A DNA stretch of 64,000 nt, taken from Hyphochytrium catenoides (lineage: Eukaryota > Protista > Hyphochytriomycota). The stretch spans positions 62,001 through 126,000 of the forward strand of contig FLMG01004242.1 in NCBI GenBank assembly GCA_900088475.1. Reading direction: 5' to 3'. The notes below the pieces were generated by a model. It searched no databases and was not told where the DNA came from. It worked only from the letters and a program-made list of their open reading frames with translations. Below, piece by piece: positions 1 to 15,000 of the stretch. The translations under genes and the position numbers were made by a program. Each line of letters opens with the position of its first letter. Positions within the stretch are counted from its first letter, which is position 1.

Positions 1-3000
1 GTAGTGACTCTGTCTGGCCTCATCGCTCTAAGGAGGATCAGCTGATGGAAATGGCTCAACTTAGCGAAGTCGCCTGGGATCTTAGTGGTCTCAGGGCTCT
101 CAGAGTCAAACCAGGCACGCCAGTCATCGCTGTCGCTCTGCATGGCATCCCCAATCCCTTGGAAGGCCTACGAAGATCGTAAGAAAAGATAGAGAAAGCC
201 TTTAACATTTTGATCTTTATCAAACAAAGATCGAGATGGTATAGGCAACCAGGAGTCAAGATACACACGGAATCTGTCTACCTTCAGGCCTTCAAGTGCC
301 TTGACCTTCGCCCAAACGGTCTCCGTCATCCACTCGGACAGCGGTCCCATGTTTCCTGGGTCTGTCGATTGCTTGCCGACAACCAGATACTCCACTTCTT
401 CTCCCTGTTATGAAAAAGCCAAGAGCGGTAACCACCATGTAACTTAGTGAAGGCAGACTCCTCTGCTAGGTGAGAGACCCGGAAAGAGATGAGGTAGAGC
501 CGTTCTTTGAAAATAAGAGAAGAAGTGGGAGAGTGATAAAGATCAGAAAGGAAGGAACGGCAAAAGTTGGCAGGGAGGTTGCGCACTTACGGGCAGGATG
601 CCGTCCTTCACTAAGATTTTGAGACACAGCTGAGTCGCCACTGTAAGCTTGTCGCGTTCAAACAGGCCTCGACGGATATAGTTGAATACTGTGTGGGAAG
701 GTAAGAGTAGGTGGATATACGGGAAAGAGATGCTAAGATATATAAAAGAGGTAAACGTCGATAGGAATGAAGTCCTTACCGGTCCTAGTAATGCTAGAAC
801 TCAGCACTCTAGAACGCTCTGCCAACTCAGCGTCCGTGGCCTCTCTCGTTTCTTCTCCTGCATCATCTTGCGCAACTGGTTCTCCTGCTCCCTCAGTTCC
901 AGCACCCTCTGGTCCACCAGCTCCTCCTGCGTTCCCTCCCTCCTGTCCCTTCTCTTTCTTTTTCACAGAGACCAAGTCAATGCCCCTGATGAAGACGGAC
1001 TGGAATGCAGAGAGAGAGTAGATGTAGTAGGTGTGCATCTTGGCCATGTCGTTCATTAGGAAGAACAAGAGACTGCCTCGCGCAGCAGCCGGTCGATACT
1101 TCTCGCTGGTGTTAGCAATGCTGGCCTGTACATGGGAATTGACGGTTAGGTAAGACCGCACTTGACAAGAGTAAAGGAGATTTACGTTCCCTATCAATGG
1201 TTCACTAACTAGGCATTGTGTCCTTCATCGGTTAGTCTAGTGTCTCTTCTCTTGAATAGATGATAGATTCTTAGCTCGTTACCTGTGTGATCTTGGCCAT
1301 TTCAACTTTCTGGTTAATGTCGTTCGAGATCCTCTTGGTCTCCTCGAGACCCTCGATCAGCTCCACATCCTCGGTGATGTCTCCTTGTGCTGTCGCTAGC
1401 TTGTATAGGATATTGTCTTCCAGCTCTTTCACCTATACCAAGGACGGGTTGAACGAGAATACGTCATGAGTTAGATGAGGACGTGAACGAATCCAGATCC
1501 AGAGGAAGAAAAGCACACCTTAATCTTGAACAAGTTTTGTTGCTGTACAAGCTCCTCCGCCATCGCCGCGAGATCTATACATAAGAAGAAGGGATTATCG
1601 TAAGCATGTTCCGCCTTTCTAGAGCTTCTCAAAGATCTCAGCCCTTCTTACCAGGCCGTTCTTTGCGGACAACGAGTGAGAGTAGCTGATCTTCGAGTCC
1701 CAGGCTTGTAACCGTGAAGTTAATCAGCGTGCACTCCGCCTGGAGCTCTGGTGGGAAGTGCGGGTTTGACAGCTTGGTGTGGAGGAAGAGGCTAGAGGAA
1801 TGTACCGACAATGATTGCCATTAAGTCAAGCGGCCAAGGGCGAAAGTAAGACGGGAGCTACCTACCGGAAGTTTGGATGGAACTCGACCTCCTTATCTCC
1901 CAGCTTGATGTACATACGATGACCCTTCTTGGTAGTTGCACGCTACGAGATGCAGGAGAAGGCAGCAGAGGCGCTTAGGTGTGACGATGAGGAGTGAAAA
2001 CGAGGGAGAAAGTCATACACGTTTAGCTTAAGGAGATTAACTTATCAATGAACGAAAGCAGGAGTGACGCAGAGCTTTTGAAGAGAGAGATGAACCTGGA
2101 TGACAGGATTGAGCACAGCGTCCATCTTCTCTCCTAGGTTTTCGATAAGGATGGTATAGCCATTCTCAATGGCCCGCTCCAGTTTCTTGAGCATATCTGG
2201 CTGCCCCAGCCGTACCACCTGTTGTTAGGAGTAGACAAAGCCAAAACAAGGATTAGCTTGTCCCTCCCGCGTAAAATTCGTGCCTCTCTTCCCTACCTGT
2301 AGCTTTCGTGCATCTCCGCTTTCTCTTTCTCTTATCCACGTGATGCCCTGGAGCTGTGGATCAATAATAAGAGGCCAACGGGCTGTGTTGCATACGATGG
2401 CGCCATTCTCGGTTGAAACACGATCGGACGGCAACCCCTATGGGCAGTAAGTAACAGTGCGCAAGAAGAGAGAACAGATAGAGTTAAGCATATATGCCAC
2501 GATCCCTGACTAGCTTTACTCCGTCTCTAATCAACAAGCTCCTGTCTAAGCTCCTGTCTTCTTCCCCCATTCTGTATCTGTTCATTGTACTTTCCCTGGT
2601 CACCGATGGTAGCCTTACCTCTGTATTCCACTGCGCCACCTGGGCATCATCGGTCAAAATTGCCAGGGGGTTTGCGTTCTCAGACATCTTAATGGATTGT
2701 CCGTTTGCTGCCTTTTGCAGGAAAGGGACCCACTTGTTGTTGATTAGCTCGTCTCTGAACGGCTTAGTGAACGGGCCGATGTAAGAGATGAATGAGGACG
2801 CGAGTAGAACATCTCCCGTCAGCAGCTCTTTATCCGCGATTAGGCGGTCCACGTTGACCTTCCAACGGACGTTCTCGCTTGCTAAAGCACCCGTGAGACG
2901 TTGGGCGAGGTCAAGCTTCTTATTTCCTTTCTCTACTGACTCAAGGGCCTCCTGCTTCTCCTTGTTGGCCGCTGAGAAGAAAGTGGTAAGATGTCTTTCA

Positions 3001-6000
3001 TACATATCTCATCTGTTTGAAAAGAGAGTCTCCGTCGTTGTTCTGTTCTCAAGCTCCATCCTGGTTGACAGTCTTACCTTCAAAATCTGCCATCAGCTTA
3101 TCAAGTTTAGCCTGCAGTTCAGCGACGAGCTGGGTAACGGTCTTCAGGCGTCCGTTTGCTTCTGCCAGTTTCTCATCTGCTTCCTTCAATCGCTGACGTT
3201 TGGGCTCCACAGTAGTGACAATGTCATAGTAACACACAATGTTGATGACCCAGCCGCACAGGCCTAGAGAGAGAGCAAGTGAAAAGGTACAATGGTGAGG
3301 TCTTTCGCTTTCGCCCACTTGTGACAAATAAAGGACGAAGAGCTGGCTCAAATCTAAACAAAATAGGAAGAAAGACCAGTCAGGATGCCGAAGGTCCGAT
3401 AGTCCTTTCTCCGTACCCGCAGCAGCAGAGTTCTTGGAGACAATGATCTCAGGCTTAAAGTGAGGCAGTTCTAGGAATGGGCGGACCTAGAGGTGAAGTG
3501 GAGCGGATAAGTGTCAGGTGCACATCGGTCGCAGTTAGGCAAGTAAAAAACAATGAATGAGCTCTGACGGCTGAATGGGACAGTTGACATTTTCTTCGCA
3601 CAGATAGGGGGAAGAAGAAGAAAACTTACCTCTTTCCAGTTCTGACTAGGCACATTTCCTTTGTCAGCCTGGTTCTTAAAGTCCTTGAGGAAATCAAGGT
3701 ACTCGTTGATGTTCGTCAACACTTGCTTCTTAGCAGCATCCCACGACCGATCCTTGATCTGCAGATTGAGAGAAGAGATAGGATGATTAGGAATCAGAGA
3801 AAGAATGGACGGAACCTGAAAGGAAGCAGACGAAGGGCTTAGGCGACAGCTTCACCGTCCCTACTGTCTGTCATTGGTTCAATACTCCCTCTGACTGTGA
3901 CGCTCTCCTTTCTGCTATCTCCCTTTGATGTCCTGTAGCGTTCTCTTCGATTCGATTCGCTTGTCCTCACCTTTCCATTCTTCTGCACAACCACCCCGGG
4001 GTGGACCCCGGCCAGTAGAACCATCGTAGCGACGAAGATATCATCGACACCCTGCGGAGGCTTTGACATGGTCTTACATTCTCCCAGATCCTTCTTGTTC
4101 AGGGTGTCCAGGGCAGCCTAAGGAAAACAGAATGTGTGAGCTGATAACGTCTGAGAGAAGACCGATGATCTGAGAGTGCCCTTCTCCCTTTCCATCTCCC
4201 GTTTGGAGTTACCATAGCTTGTGCCACGGCAGGTTCTGCTGCAGCTAAGTCCTCCTCGCAGGACTTCTGCTGGATCGTGACCTCTGCCTGAATGGCAGCA
4301 CAAATCTTCGCCTCTTCTTGAGCTTTATTGGTCTCGACCTCGACCTTAGCCTTCTCCAATCCAACCTCCTCTGCAATAGCTTCAGCCACAGTCCTTACAG
4401 AGCACGGAAGAAGACGGAACAGGTCATTATCATATAGCTTTCTAAGAAACTGTCACAGTTTGATCATTACCTCTTCTCTTCTGCAGCGACCAGTGCTACC
4501 TTAAGCTGCTCTTCTAACTTGGCAACACTTTGACCCGTCTCAGCCAGTTTCTGGAGCCCGTTACTCAGTCTTTCAATGGCAACGTCAAACTCCTTTCTCT
4601 TTGCATCAAGCTTTTGGGCGTAAAGCTTAAGCAACTCCAGATAGCTCTTAGGAGTAGTATACACATAGCGCCGTTCCACTTGATAGAAGCGCCTGGAAGC
4701 CGTGTTGACGCTCTCAAAAGAGAACGGCATAAAGTTGACAACACCTGCCAGGATACCATGCGGCTTAATAGACTGCCATAACTCTTAGAACAGGCAGGCG
4801 GACTGCAGTTTCTTAGGAAAGTGTGGTTGATCACCGTCGGGAAATCTCGGAAGACAGAGGTGAATAATATAGGTTATGTTTAGGGGCACTTGTTAGGCAC
4901 GAAGCTAACATGCGAGGCTTTTTAACCTGTCCCATCTCCAACATCCCTCACCTGCTCTGGAAGCTTCGTCTCCCAGCTCAACCTCTGCTAGGAATCTCTT
5001 CGCCACAGACAGCAGAGCATCCTTTGGCCAAGGCTGGAACCAGTCAATGACCGTGCAGTTCACCAAAGCCGGGAATTTCCTAAACATTTCGAAGCAGCAC
5101 AGAAGGCACAATGTGCAAGGCACATAAGATCCAACGATGAGAATGTGTACAGAGCATGGGAGCATGCGGTAAAAAGGAGTGGGCTAACAGTTACGCAGCT
5201 ACAGTGTCTTGAAGTTCAAAAGAAGAAAACTGAAACATAGAGAGGATTACCTTGCTCTAGATCTGAAATCATCCCCAACAGGAGAAAAGCAGAGGATGAC
5301 GTGCAAATTCTTGCGGACCACATTTATGAAGAAGTCCCAGATGACCTTCCGCTCTAGAGGAAGACCGGCAGCCTTCACGCGGTTGGTCATCGCATTGATG
5401 ATGCCTACGCGACAGTTATCGGAGCACGTGGCAGTTTAGAGGAGAGTGGAGCATAAGACGAAGACCCTCGAAGACTAAACATAGGTAGGACGGGTGAGAA
5501 ATGAGACTGCAGGTATCGTGGATGGGTGGTGGGCCCGGGTCGCACTAAAATAAAGGTGTCCGGTGCCTCCCAAAGCAGCGACAATGAAAATAAAACCTAT
5601 GAGACGGAGAAGAGAAGCGAAAACGGGAGTATTTGTCTCTACCATCTTGATCCTCTGTCGAGTAGAGGTCGGGAATGTTTCCTGAAGCTAGCAGATCGTT
5701 GATAAAGATCAAGAATTTCTCGTTGGCAATTTGTGAGTCAGTTAACAGGAAAGAGACGCCCTCATCCTTCACTCCTGCCTTATTATACATCCACTTCAAG
5801 TCCTCCTGTAAAGTGTGCGCGAGCACAAGTGGCAGATGTGAGATCAGGAGGTGGATGAATGAAGAAAACAAGCAGAAGCACGAAATTCTTCTAGCAAAAG
5901 AACCCACGACTCTGATAGAGAGTACTAAGGAAGAGGGTTTCAACTGGGAATGATAGTGAAGGGGCGGGGCATGATATAGCTCTATCCTCCACGGTTTCGA

Positions 6001-9000
6001 AACCTTGAAGTCATTGATCCCGTAGGTGCTACTGATAGTGATTTGCTTGACGACATAACTGCAGATGAAGCTTGCCAGTCTGATGATTAACAAGGCGGTC
6101 AGCTTGAGTAGGAGATTAAGCCCATAGTAAGAGACAAGGAATAAACACCGACTGAACAACGAGGAAAGAAGCTTTTGTGAAGCTCCAACACCCGCACCAT
6201 GCAGAGAAAAGACCACTGCTACGGAGTAATGACTGATAGCAGTATCCGCGAGACATACCTGCTCAAGCTCTGCTTTCCACTTCCTCCAACACCAACCAAA
6301 AGAGCGTGTCCTCCTGGGTTGAGTATGATACGTACAATCCTTGCAATGTGCTTGAGTGCATCCTCGAAAAGGACGAGGTCCATCGTGGCATTGGTCTCAT
6401 TGTACTCCCGCAGAGCATCGTCTAGCGTTGTCTGGAGCTTCTCAATTGTAGGAACCTAAGCAGAGCCAAACGTAGACGCGGTGGATAAGGAGGGATTCAC
6501 TATAAGAATAGGCGCTGTGACGAGAGAAGTAAAGACATCGGACATGCATCGTGCCGCTGGTTGGCCCTTGTCCCATCTGACTTTTACTTATGTAACACTT
6601 CCAACAATTGCCCACCTGGTCGTAAATTTTGTCTTGGATATTCTGCGCAAAGTGGCAGAAGACGAGAGGGTCGGCATTCTCTGACGCAAAGTACCTTCAA
6701 GGAGTAAAAGCGAGCCGAGAACGATTTGAGTGGAGAAAGTCGTCGGTGAGGAGGTCAAAAAACGGATAGCTCTCGTCGACATGCCTCATTTCCCGTAAGG
6801 GGCTTATAAATTGCTTCCAATGACTTAATCTGCCTTACCTGCCAAAGTTATAGCTTGGAAAGATCTTTTTGACCTGCGTTTGCGCAAGNNNNNNNNNNNN
6901 NNNNNNNNNNNNNNNNNNNNNNNNNNNNNNNNNNNNNNNNNTCACTCTCATGCAGCCAGAGACGAACAAACTTCTGAGGGTCTTGGAACTGCTCGGGAGA
7001 AGACACGAGTAGACCTTTGGGGGGAAAAGTCAGCATAACAATTATTTGTTTCACGGAGGCGGAGTGGAGAGCGGTCTCAGAGTGACACAAGCCTGCAACA
7101 AGCAAGACGCAGCAAGACTAAATGCATAGACTACGAACAACCATGACAAGAGAAGAGAGGTTAGGTAAAGATGGTGGAAGGGCGGCAATCCTGACCTTGG
7201 AACACATTAGACAAATGTCTGATGTTGAACTCGTAATGAAAGTTTGCCGCTGTTTTCCTAAAGGTCTGAGCCACAGCTGTGTGCAGGCCAAGTGCAGCCT
7301 TAATAAGGTTGGTGGAGAGCCCTTTGACCTTTGGGACAACAAGAGCGAGTCAGCCTTAAGAATTGCCTATGGCACCAAAAAACCAGTAGACAAACTGCAG
7401 ATTTTAGAAATAGGGACCGCATTCGTGTCAACGGAGAGCACGAAGGGATTTGCAGGCAAAGAGTTCGTGTCTGACCTCCTCATGGAACTTCTTGAGGTGT
7501 CCGTCTAAGAAGGTCTGATAAATGGTCAACAGCGACGTTGGGCCAGGCAATCCGATAGCAAAGGTGCAGAATAGACGCTGAAGACGAGGGTCCACCAGGA
7601 AACTACCAGCAGTCGGGTTCATGCAGGCTGTGACACAAGAAAAGAGAGGAGTGTGTCAAATGGGAAGAAATCTGTGCTTAAGTGTTTCGTTTTCGCTCCT
7701 CTATGCATCCGCTATGGGCTTGCGGCACCTCAGTGGCTCTTTTTTCTGTCTTTACATTCTGCTCACTTACCGACGACTTGAGTGTTACTGATGTTCTTCA
7801 GCATGAGTTTAGCTCTATCATAGACGTGCTCATACTCCATGTGCTGCCTTAGCAGGGCAATGGCACTCTGAGTATTATACGGATCCACCTCTGGCAAGTT
7901 CAAGTCATCGATAAAGTAGATGAGGTTCTTCTTTCCGGGTGGCCCGTAGTTCGTTCCTAAACGAAACCAACGACAAGATGTGAGGGGCAAGCCCAGGAAA
8001 GGATGTAAGACAAACAGAAGGGCAAGAGAATAAAGAAGGCCCAATAGCGACAGGAGCTGATACACATGAGATAGATTTCTTGCTTGTTAGGTTCCCCTAT
8101 CTGGAAGGGATCGAGAAAAACCAACCTGTCTTCTTCTCGAGTGGGATCTCCATAGTATTCTGTAGCACAGCAGAGGTGGTGTAGAAGTTGAAGTTGATGT
8201 TGCTATATATCCGCTCGTCTTGGTTCAGCTTGGAAAGCATACCCAGGACCATCTGGAAATAGACAGCACATTCTTTTAGTTCAGGCCTTCGTATGACTCC
8301 TTCCTTTTCCCATCTGCCCCCACCCTCTAGCTTTCTATGCCACCACCGGCCAGTTCAGAATGTCTCCAGGTCTTCATTCGATTCCGAGCGTCACGCCTAC
8401 ATACCTGAGTCTTTCCTGTTCCTGCAGGCCCAGCCAGGAGGACTGGTCGGCGAGAATTAACCAAGTTTTGCATCCAGAAGGAGACGGAACAGGTGCCGGG
8501 CGTGGGCACTGTCACCTAAACAGAACGGACAGAGTGAGGATACCCCACGTCAGCCAGCATTCAAATGAGTGGCAAATCTAGCTGTTGATGTCCGATCTAG
8601 ACGAAGCATGTAGGCATGACAAAGACAATCCTCTTCGTCTCCGATCCGTCCACACAAGAAGTCAAAGAACCTCTCTGATAACCTCTTCATTTACCTGGCT
8701 CATCGGTGTGGAGCTGTTATAGTCCACAGTGTAGAAAAACGGAGATTTGGTCCATGAATCGAACTTATTCTCCTTCGGGTCCAGCCAATAATCGAAGACA
8801 GTGTCACGGGATGGAAACTTCACTTTCTGCTCCAGCGGTGGGGTAAGAAATGGTTAGCATAGCTGAGTGGGAGAACAACCATGAAACTAGGCCTGCGCAT
8901 CAAGGAAATATGTAGCACAGAGAAAGGAGTCGGCTCGAGGACATGACCAGAGAGAAGATCAGAGCTCCAAAGAAGAGGTCCAGCAAAGTCCGTAACTGCC

Positions 9001-12000
9001 CACCTTCCACTCTGCCCTCCACCAGTCACTGAAGTTCTTGGCAAAGTCGGTGCCATCATCTGAGACAGTGAGCGCAGAGCCAAATGCCCAGACACAGCAA
9101 AAGACAAACACCATCGAAAGAGGCTCCATGGAGCTAATGTTCTCAGGTGTGAGAAGTGTCTCCAGCATGTAGACAAGGGACTGGACAAGGGTGACATCTT
9201 CCATCGGGATGATAGGAGAAAGGTTCTTCCTCACGAAACGAAGAGTCTCTGGCACATACTCATCAAATAGAGAGCGAAGATTTGCCTTGATCTCAGGAGT
9301 GTAGACTTCTACTGGAAGCCTGAAAGAGGACAACACGACGGTAAGAGGGCGCTGGGTACCAGGAGTACAGAACGAAACAATGTTCGCACAAGAGAATGAA
9401 AGACAGAGTTAGCATTGTGGGTCTTACTTCTTGATCCAACTTGTGATAAGAGACTGCCACTGGAAGCCACTATCTGTAGAAATGTAGAGGATACCAGCTC
9501 GGCTAACGGTAGCTGGCGTGGCATACTTTAGATCTCTGATTTCAAAAATCATCCGCATGTAGGGCTTGAGAGGAATTCTCTCATTTGAGGCCAAAGTCAG
9601 CATTTTGTTATCGTCCATTACACTGTTCATGGACTCAATCCAGTTGGCATCAAGATCACCTGTTAATAGATATGAAGAAAAGGAATCCGTAAGGAGACTT
9701 ATCCGGCCTGCGCAACAGCGCATAAAGATAGAAGAAAGAGTTGATATACGAGTGCAACTCGAGGAGTAGAGAACAAGAAGAAGGCAGGAGCTCAACAACA
9801 AACAGGAGAGGTTGATGCCGCCTTACCGTCGAGCACAATCCACTTTGGCTTCTCGTTGGGAATTGCTCCCAAATCTCTCATAATTTTGGAAAGAAGTCCG
9901 TCTCTCCATTCTCTGGTCGCCATAGTAATATAACCGTACAGCTCTTCTGTGGACACGGCCTTAGGATTTAGGTCCACTACCTTGGTTGTGTCTCCCCTCA
10001 ATGTACGAGCACGAGCTAATGTGCGCCAACACTCCGACTTCCCGCTGCCGGGCGGACCCATTGTGAAGACGCAGTGACGGATAGCCAGAAGTTCTTCAAG
10101 TTGCACGACCTGGAGTTAGGAGGCGTAAGTGGCTTAGGCCTAGTACGATCACGGAGCGGTACACACCAAATCCGCTAAGAGAGAGAGGGGACACTAAGAA
10201 GCTCAAATGGCGTTGTAAAGAAAATGGGGCACAGATTAGCGGATAGATCTCGCTCCTGCTCTGCCCTACATCGAGAGCTCCCCCGATCCCCGACAACGAC
10301 CAGCAAAGAGAGATAACGCAATGTACTTTACCTTGAGACGGAAGTTTTCATCTGGATGCAGGCCAAGCTCCAAGCAGCCATTCGTAACATACTCCTCAAG
10401 ATCCTTTGAAAGGGACGCAGCAAGAGAGAGAAATGGTTTTAACAAGCTCAAAGTATCGAAGGACTGAGGGGGAAGTTTGAGATGGAACGAGGGAGCACAA
10501 AGATCACAGTGACTAGGTTACAGCTGAACAGCTACCTGGTCAATCTTTCTGGGGGGATCGACACCAGGGAACAGATCTCCAAGCAGACCAAAGAATACCA
10601 CGTTATCCTCAGCAACAATCTTTGGCGTGTTGAAGTCACGCAGAGCTCTCATCAGCAGATGGCTCTCCTGCATGGCGGCAAGGCAGGGGAAGGAACAAAG
10701 GGAGTGCATGTTAGAGTGTGTTCTCAGTGTCTGCCTCTTAATGCGCTTGATATTTTAATTTTCTGTCGTATCGTATGTTCAAGCCTAGATCCCAGAGTGC
10801 AGAGGCTCTTACCGGTAGATCAGGCTCTGCTCTTTTGAAGCTGCCAGCAACCACTAGGACTGACTTCACAGCTCTGAGACCCCAGTCATAATGTAGCTAT
10901 AGAGTTAATCGACAAGGAAGTTAGGCACATGCAAGGACTTGCAAGGATAAGCTCTGATTCTTTCAGTTGAGGCTCTTCATTAATTTTCGGGGGAAGAGCC
11001 TCCACCCAGACGCCGCCTCCTTCATTTTCTCCCCAATCACTCTTATTCTTACTCTTTCGGTCCTCACTAACCTGCTTACTAAGCAACTGTCCCAGGAGTG
11101 AGTAGAGTCCGTAGAACTTGCTAGCAAGGACTTTAGCTTCGGTGAAACCCTCAGCCATCAGCATATTCTCACAAATAAGCACCAGATCAGGAACCATTAC
11201 GGTGATTGGTCTAAAAAGAGCCTTCAATCCCTCGGGCAGCTCTGAGCGACCAAGGTAACCGGGGTTCATTGTAATGAAGGCCCCGCAGGTGGGATCAAGG
11301 TTGATCTCATCTCCCTCGATGACGAACCGCTTCACATTCGCCTTTATGCCATCGCAAACGGCCTTAAACTGGACCGAACATACAGAAAGAACCTCTGGTA
11401 CAAGACGGTTGAACTCGTCGAAGCAACCCCAAGAACCTAGAAAGACAAAGTTGTCCGGTAAGGTCGGGTAAGAAAATGTTATTTGGAGAAGGAAAAGCAT
11501 AGGATGGCACAGCTAGCATTTCACGGTGGGTCAAACGGTAAGTCTAGAAGAACAGCATAAAATTATATATCCTAAGAGCCAAGTAAGGAGGAAAAAGGAC
11601 AGAGAAGTAAGGAGAGAGGAAGACAAAGCTTCAAGAGACGGGTATAAGAAGAGGAGAACAAAGAGTGGTGGATTGAGGGACAGAAAAAACAGAGTTAAGA
11701 CTCACGAGGAAAGCTTTAGGAGAAAGACATGTCAGAAGACTAGTGCGCACCTGAAGAGGCGAGACCCTTGAAGATGTTGCCCAGAGAGAGGTAGTCCATC
11801 TCCGGTGAGCAATTGAAAACGTAGCAAACCTTGCCCAAAGCATTAGCCAAGTCTTTGGTTGTCTCTGTCTTTCCTGTTCCTGCCGGTCCAGCGGGTGCAC
11901 AGCCCATCTAAGGGGAGCGAAAGAGGGAAGTCCAGGAAGAACCATAACGTTAGCCATTCAAGGAACAGAGGAACTCAGGTATCTCCTTTACCTTCAGGTT

Positions 12001-15000
12001 CAACGCTTGAGTGGCCGTGACGTAGATTCTATCAGTTAGCGGTGTGATAACCAGACGCGGACCATTCCCTAGATACTCATAATCATAAGGTACGGTCGCG
12101 TCTGCGATACGGATTTGAGCTCGCTCTCCATTGTCGCCTCTCAAGAGAGGGTCACGGTCGGTAAAGCTTCCACTCGGAATCCGGAATTCCTTTTGGTAGA
12201 TGACAAAGAAAGAAAGAGGAATGGAGATATGGCTAATGGTCAGTATAAACGAATGCGAACGTTGCTCTCAGATCCCCCACATATTGTGAGGATAAAAGGA
12301 GAGCGGAAGAAAGCCTACTTCAGATTTGAGATCTAGAAGCCACGCAGCCCGGTCGGGGAGGCTACATCTCGTACGGGCAGAATCACATTGCCTCACCTGT
12401 TTGAGCTGACTCTGCCACTGGAAGGCTGAGGCCTCTGTGACCCCTTCCCTTATCATCTTCTGCACGATATCTCTTGCATGAGCATCTATAGTAATCATGC
12501 ACATCACTCTCTGCCTTTCCGACTTCGTTAGGTTGCTTTGTGTCAATCGAATAAGATCACTGAGCTGTTCGCACTGCTTCTCATTGTAAGTGATCAAGGC
12601 TCGCTTATCCCCTCCGGCTAATGTACGGAACGCATCTTCAACCTAGAGGCGTGGAAGAGGTATCAGGACAAGAGATATGCGGCTAGGGACAGGCGGTCGC
12701 AGTCATGGTCCAAGGGAATACGATATTAACTGGCAAGTGATAGCCAGAGCGATAAGAATAATGCGGCCGTCATGAAGATGGAAGATTGGCGAGCAGCACG
12801 ATCTTTACCTCTTGGACATAGAAGATTGCGGAGACGAGCAGCACGATCTGTGCAGCATCTACTGGGTTTCCGTGCTCGTCAGCGTTCATCAACCACTTTG
12901 TACGCGAGAGGCGAGGGTAGGAGGCAATGGAACGCTTGACGTGCTGGAAAAGTGCGTTTTTCATGGCGTCGAGGACTGTCTGCATGTAAACCTCAACCTT
13001 TCCTTCAAGGACCACTGGTGGCTCAAAGGCTATGACCTGTTGCAAGAAGAAACGGATAGGGCTGAGAATGGTCGCAGAGGTGGAAAGCCTTACAGCAGCG
13101 CAAAGAGCTGGAATCAAGAGTAATCGATAAGTTAAGAAAGGTAAGAGAAGAGGACGTAAAAGTCATCATCCTTGGTGTGATACCCGAAAGGTAGAGTGAC
13201 GAGCGAAGGGAAAAGAAGACAAAAGACGCGTAGCATGACCTTCTGGCAAACACGTCGCGAAGAAGCATGAAGCAGCTTGAAGAGGACTCAATAAGACGGA
13301 ACACAAGAGAGAATCAGTTGTGTCTCATCACCCACCTCCTGTCCCACTCCAGCGATAAATCTGACTGCCTTTGGTCTCCCCTCAGGATGACCTTCCACCT
13401 TCTCCAACTCAAATGTCTTGGTGGCCAAGTAGATCTTTGGGACATGCACCAAGATCTTCTCTGGATCTGAACCGTTACTAAGAACGTCCAGCAAGTCTGC
13501 CTCGGACATAAAATAATACCGAGGGAATTGCCGCCTACGGCCATCCAAGAAGTCCGCTAGACTCTTCTTGCATCTATGATAAAAAGGTAGGGGTTGACGA
13601 AACGTCAGCCACTGTGAGAGTTTCGGAATTAAGCGTAAGGAGGCCAAAGCGATGAAAGAGACAGCCGCACAAGAAGTCAAACAATAAGGCAAAAAATAAG
13701 AGAAAGGAGATAGATACAAAGGGAGAGAGAGCATCTTGATAAGAGACTTACATTTCAAGCTCCTTGATGATATTTTCGAGCAGCTTGTACAGCCCTTCGA
13801 CATTGCAGGAGGCCTTGACATTCTTCGTCTCGTTCGCTTTTTGCAATACATCTTTCACTTGCCGGTCAATCCCTGATAGAGCCAATGAACGGAGAGGCAA
13901 GTCAGTAGCAGCTCCCATCACCGTATCCGTAAGCCCTAACTGGCAATCTATGCCAAAGCGGACTAGAATTCCTCCCCTAATAAAAATAGCACCCAAAGAA
14001 GCATTGCCCTTGGCTTAACCTTCTCGTTTGTCAGCTTTTTCAATCGTTGAATTCTCAACCGCTTCCTTTCTCGTTTGCCCGCACCTTCAAAGCGTACTGC
14101 GTCTTCTGGAAGCTCTCTTTTGACCTCCTCCGAGTGGATGAAAAGCGGTTCCAAGTAGCTCCACGTCCTTTGGATGTCCGTCAACAGCTGCAGGACCTCT
14201 GAAACATTACCCAGCGCCTTCTGCCAGGCGGAGACCTCGGTCTCAAACTGCTTGATATAACGAGAAGCAAGCATTCCCTGAACCTGCAGCTGGTCGTTCT
14301 CAAGCATCTCAAAGTCCTGGAAAGATTTGGATGGAATAAGGTAATGTGAGCACTAGTAGTAATGTGCCTACTAAGTTTGGATGTGAGAGGTCACAGAAAA
14401 GGTAATTGCTGCTACGCTGCAATTAAGGGATAACCATGGAAGGATAAGCCGGGGCTTCTAAGAAAAAGACAAGGATATAGGTAAGACTGCGATAAATCGA
14501 GTATTCTTCTTATTGGCTGCCCAATTCAAGCCTTCTGGTCTCCAGACGCTTACCTCCTCACTCATCTTCAGCAGCGGGACGTCTGTATCCTTGTAAGGCT
14601 CTACGACCCATTCTACCACGCTCCACGTCTCCTCCAATTTCTTCAGCTGCTGCTCCATCTTCTCTTCTTTCACTGCCTGATCCGTGATCTCTTCCACATC
14701 AGCAGAGAATTCGTGCAAGTTGAGATCGAGCAGGTCTCGGAGCTTCATGTCTGGGTTCTGAAGGAAAGTCATTGAGTCAACTGATGGCAATCTCAGTGGC
14801 GTTTTGCCTTACCTCCGTGGGCACGCTGAACTCCTTGTGCGTAGCTCTCATGAGCGCTTCCCAGTGTCTTCTCCTCATGCTGGGGTGATGTAGTACTTGG
14901 ATGAGGGGACACGTGTTGAGAAAATCCTTGCAGGTCTTGTCGACCATCTTGTAGGCGTCACTCCACCGGATATCTTTGTGGAGACCCTTGATCTGAACAA

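Noticed and set aside
6889-6941. Apparent frameshift in dynein across the N run
   Set aside because: The gap length is only an estimate; both flanks read as normal dynein, so this is an assembly artefact rather than pseudogenisation.
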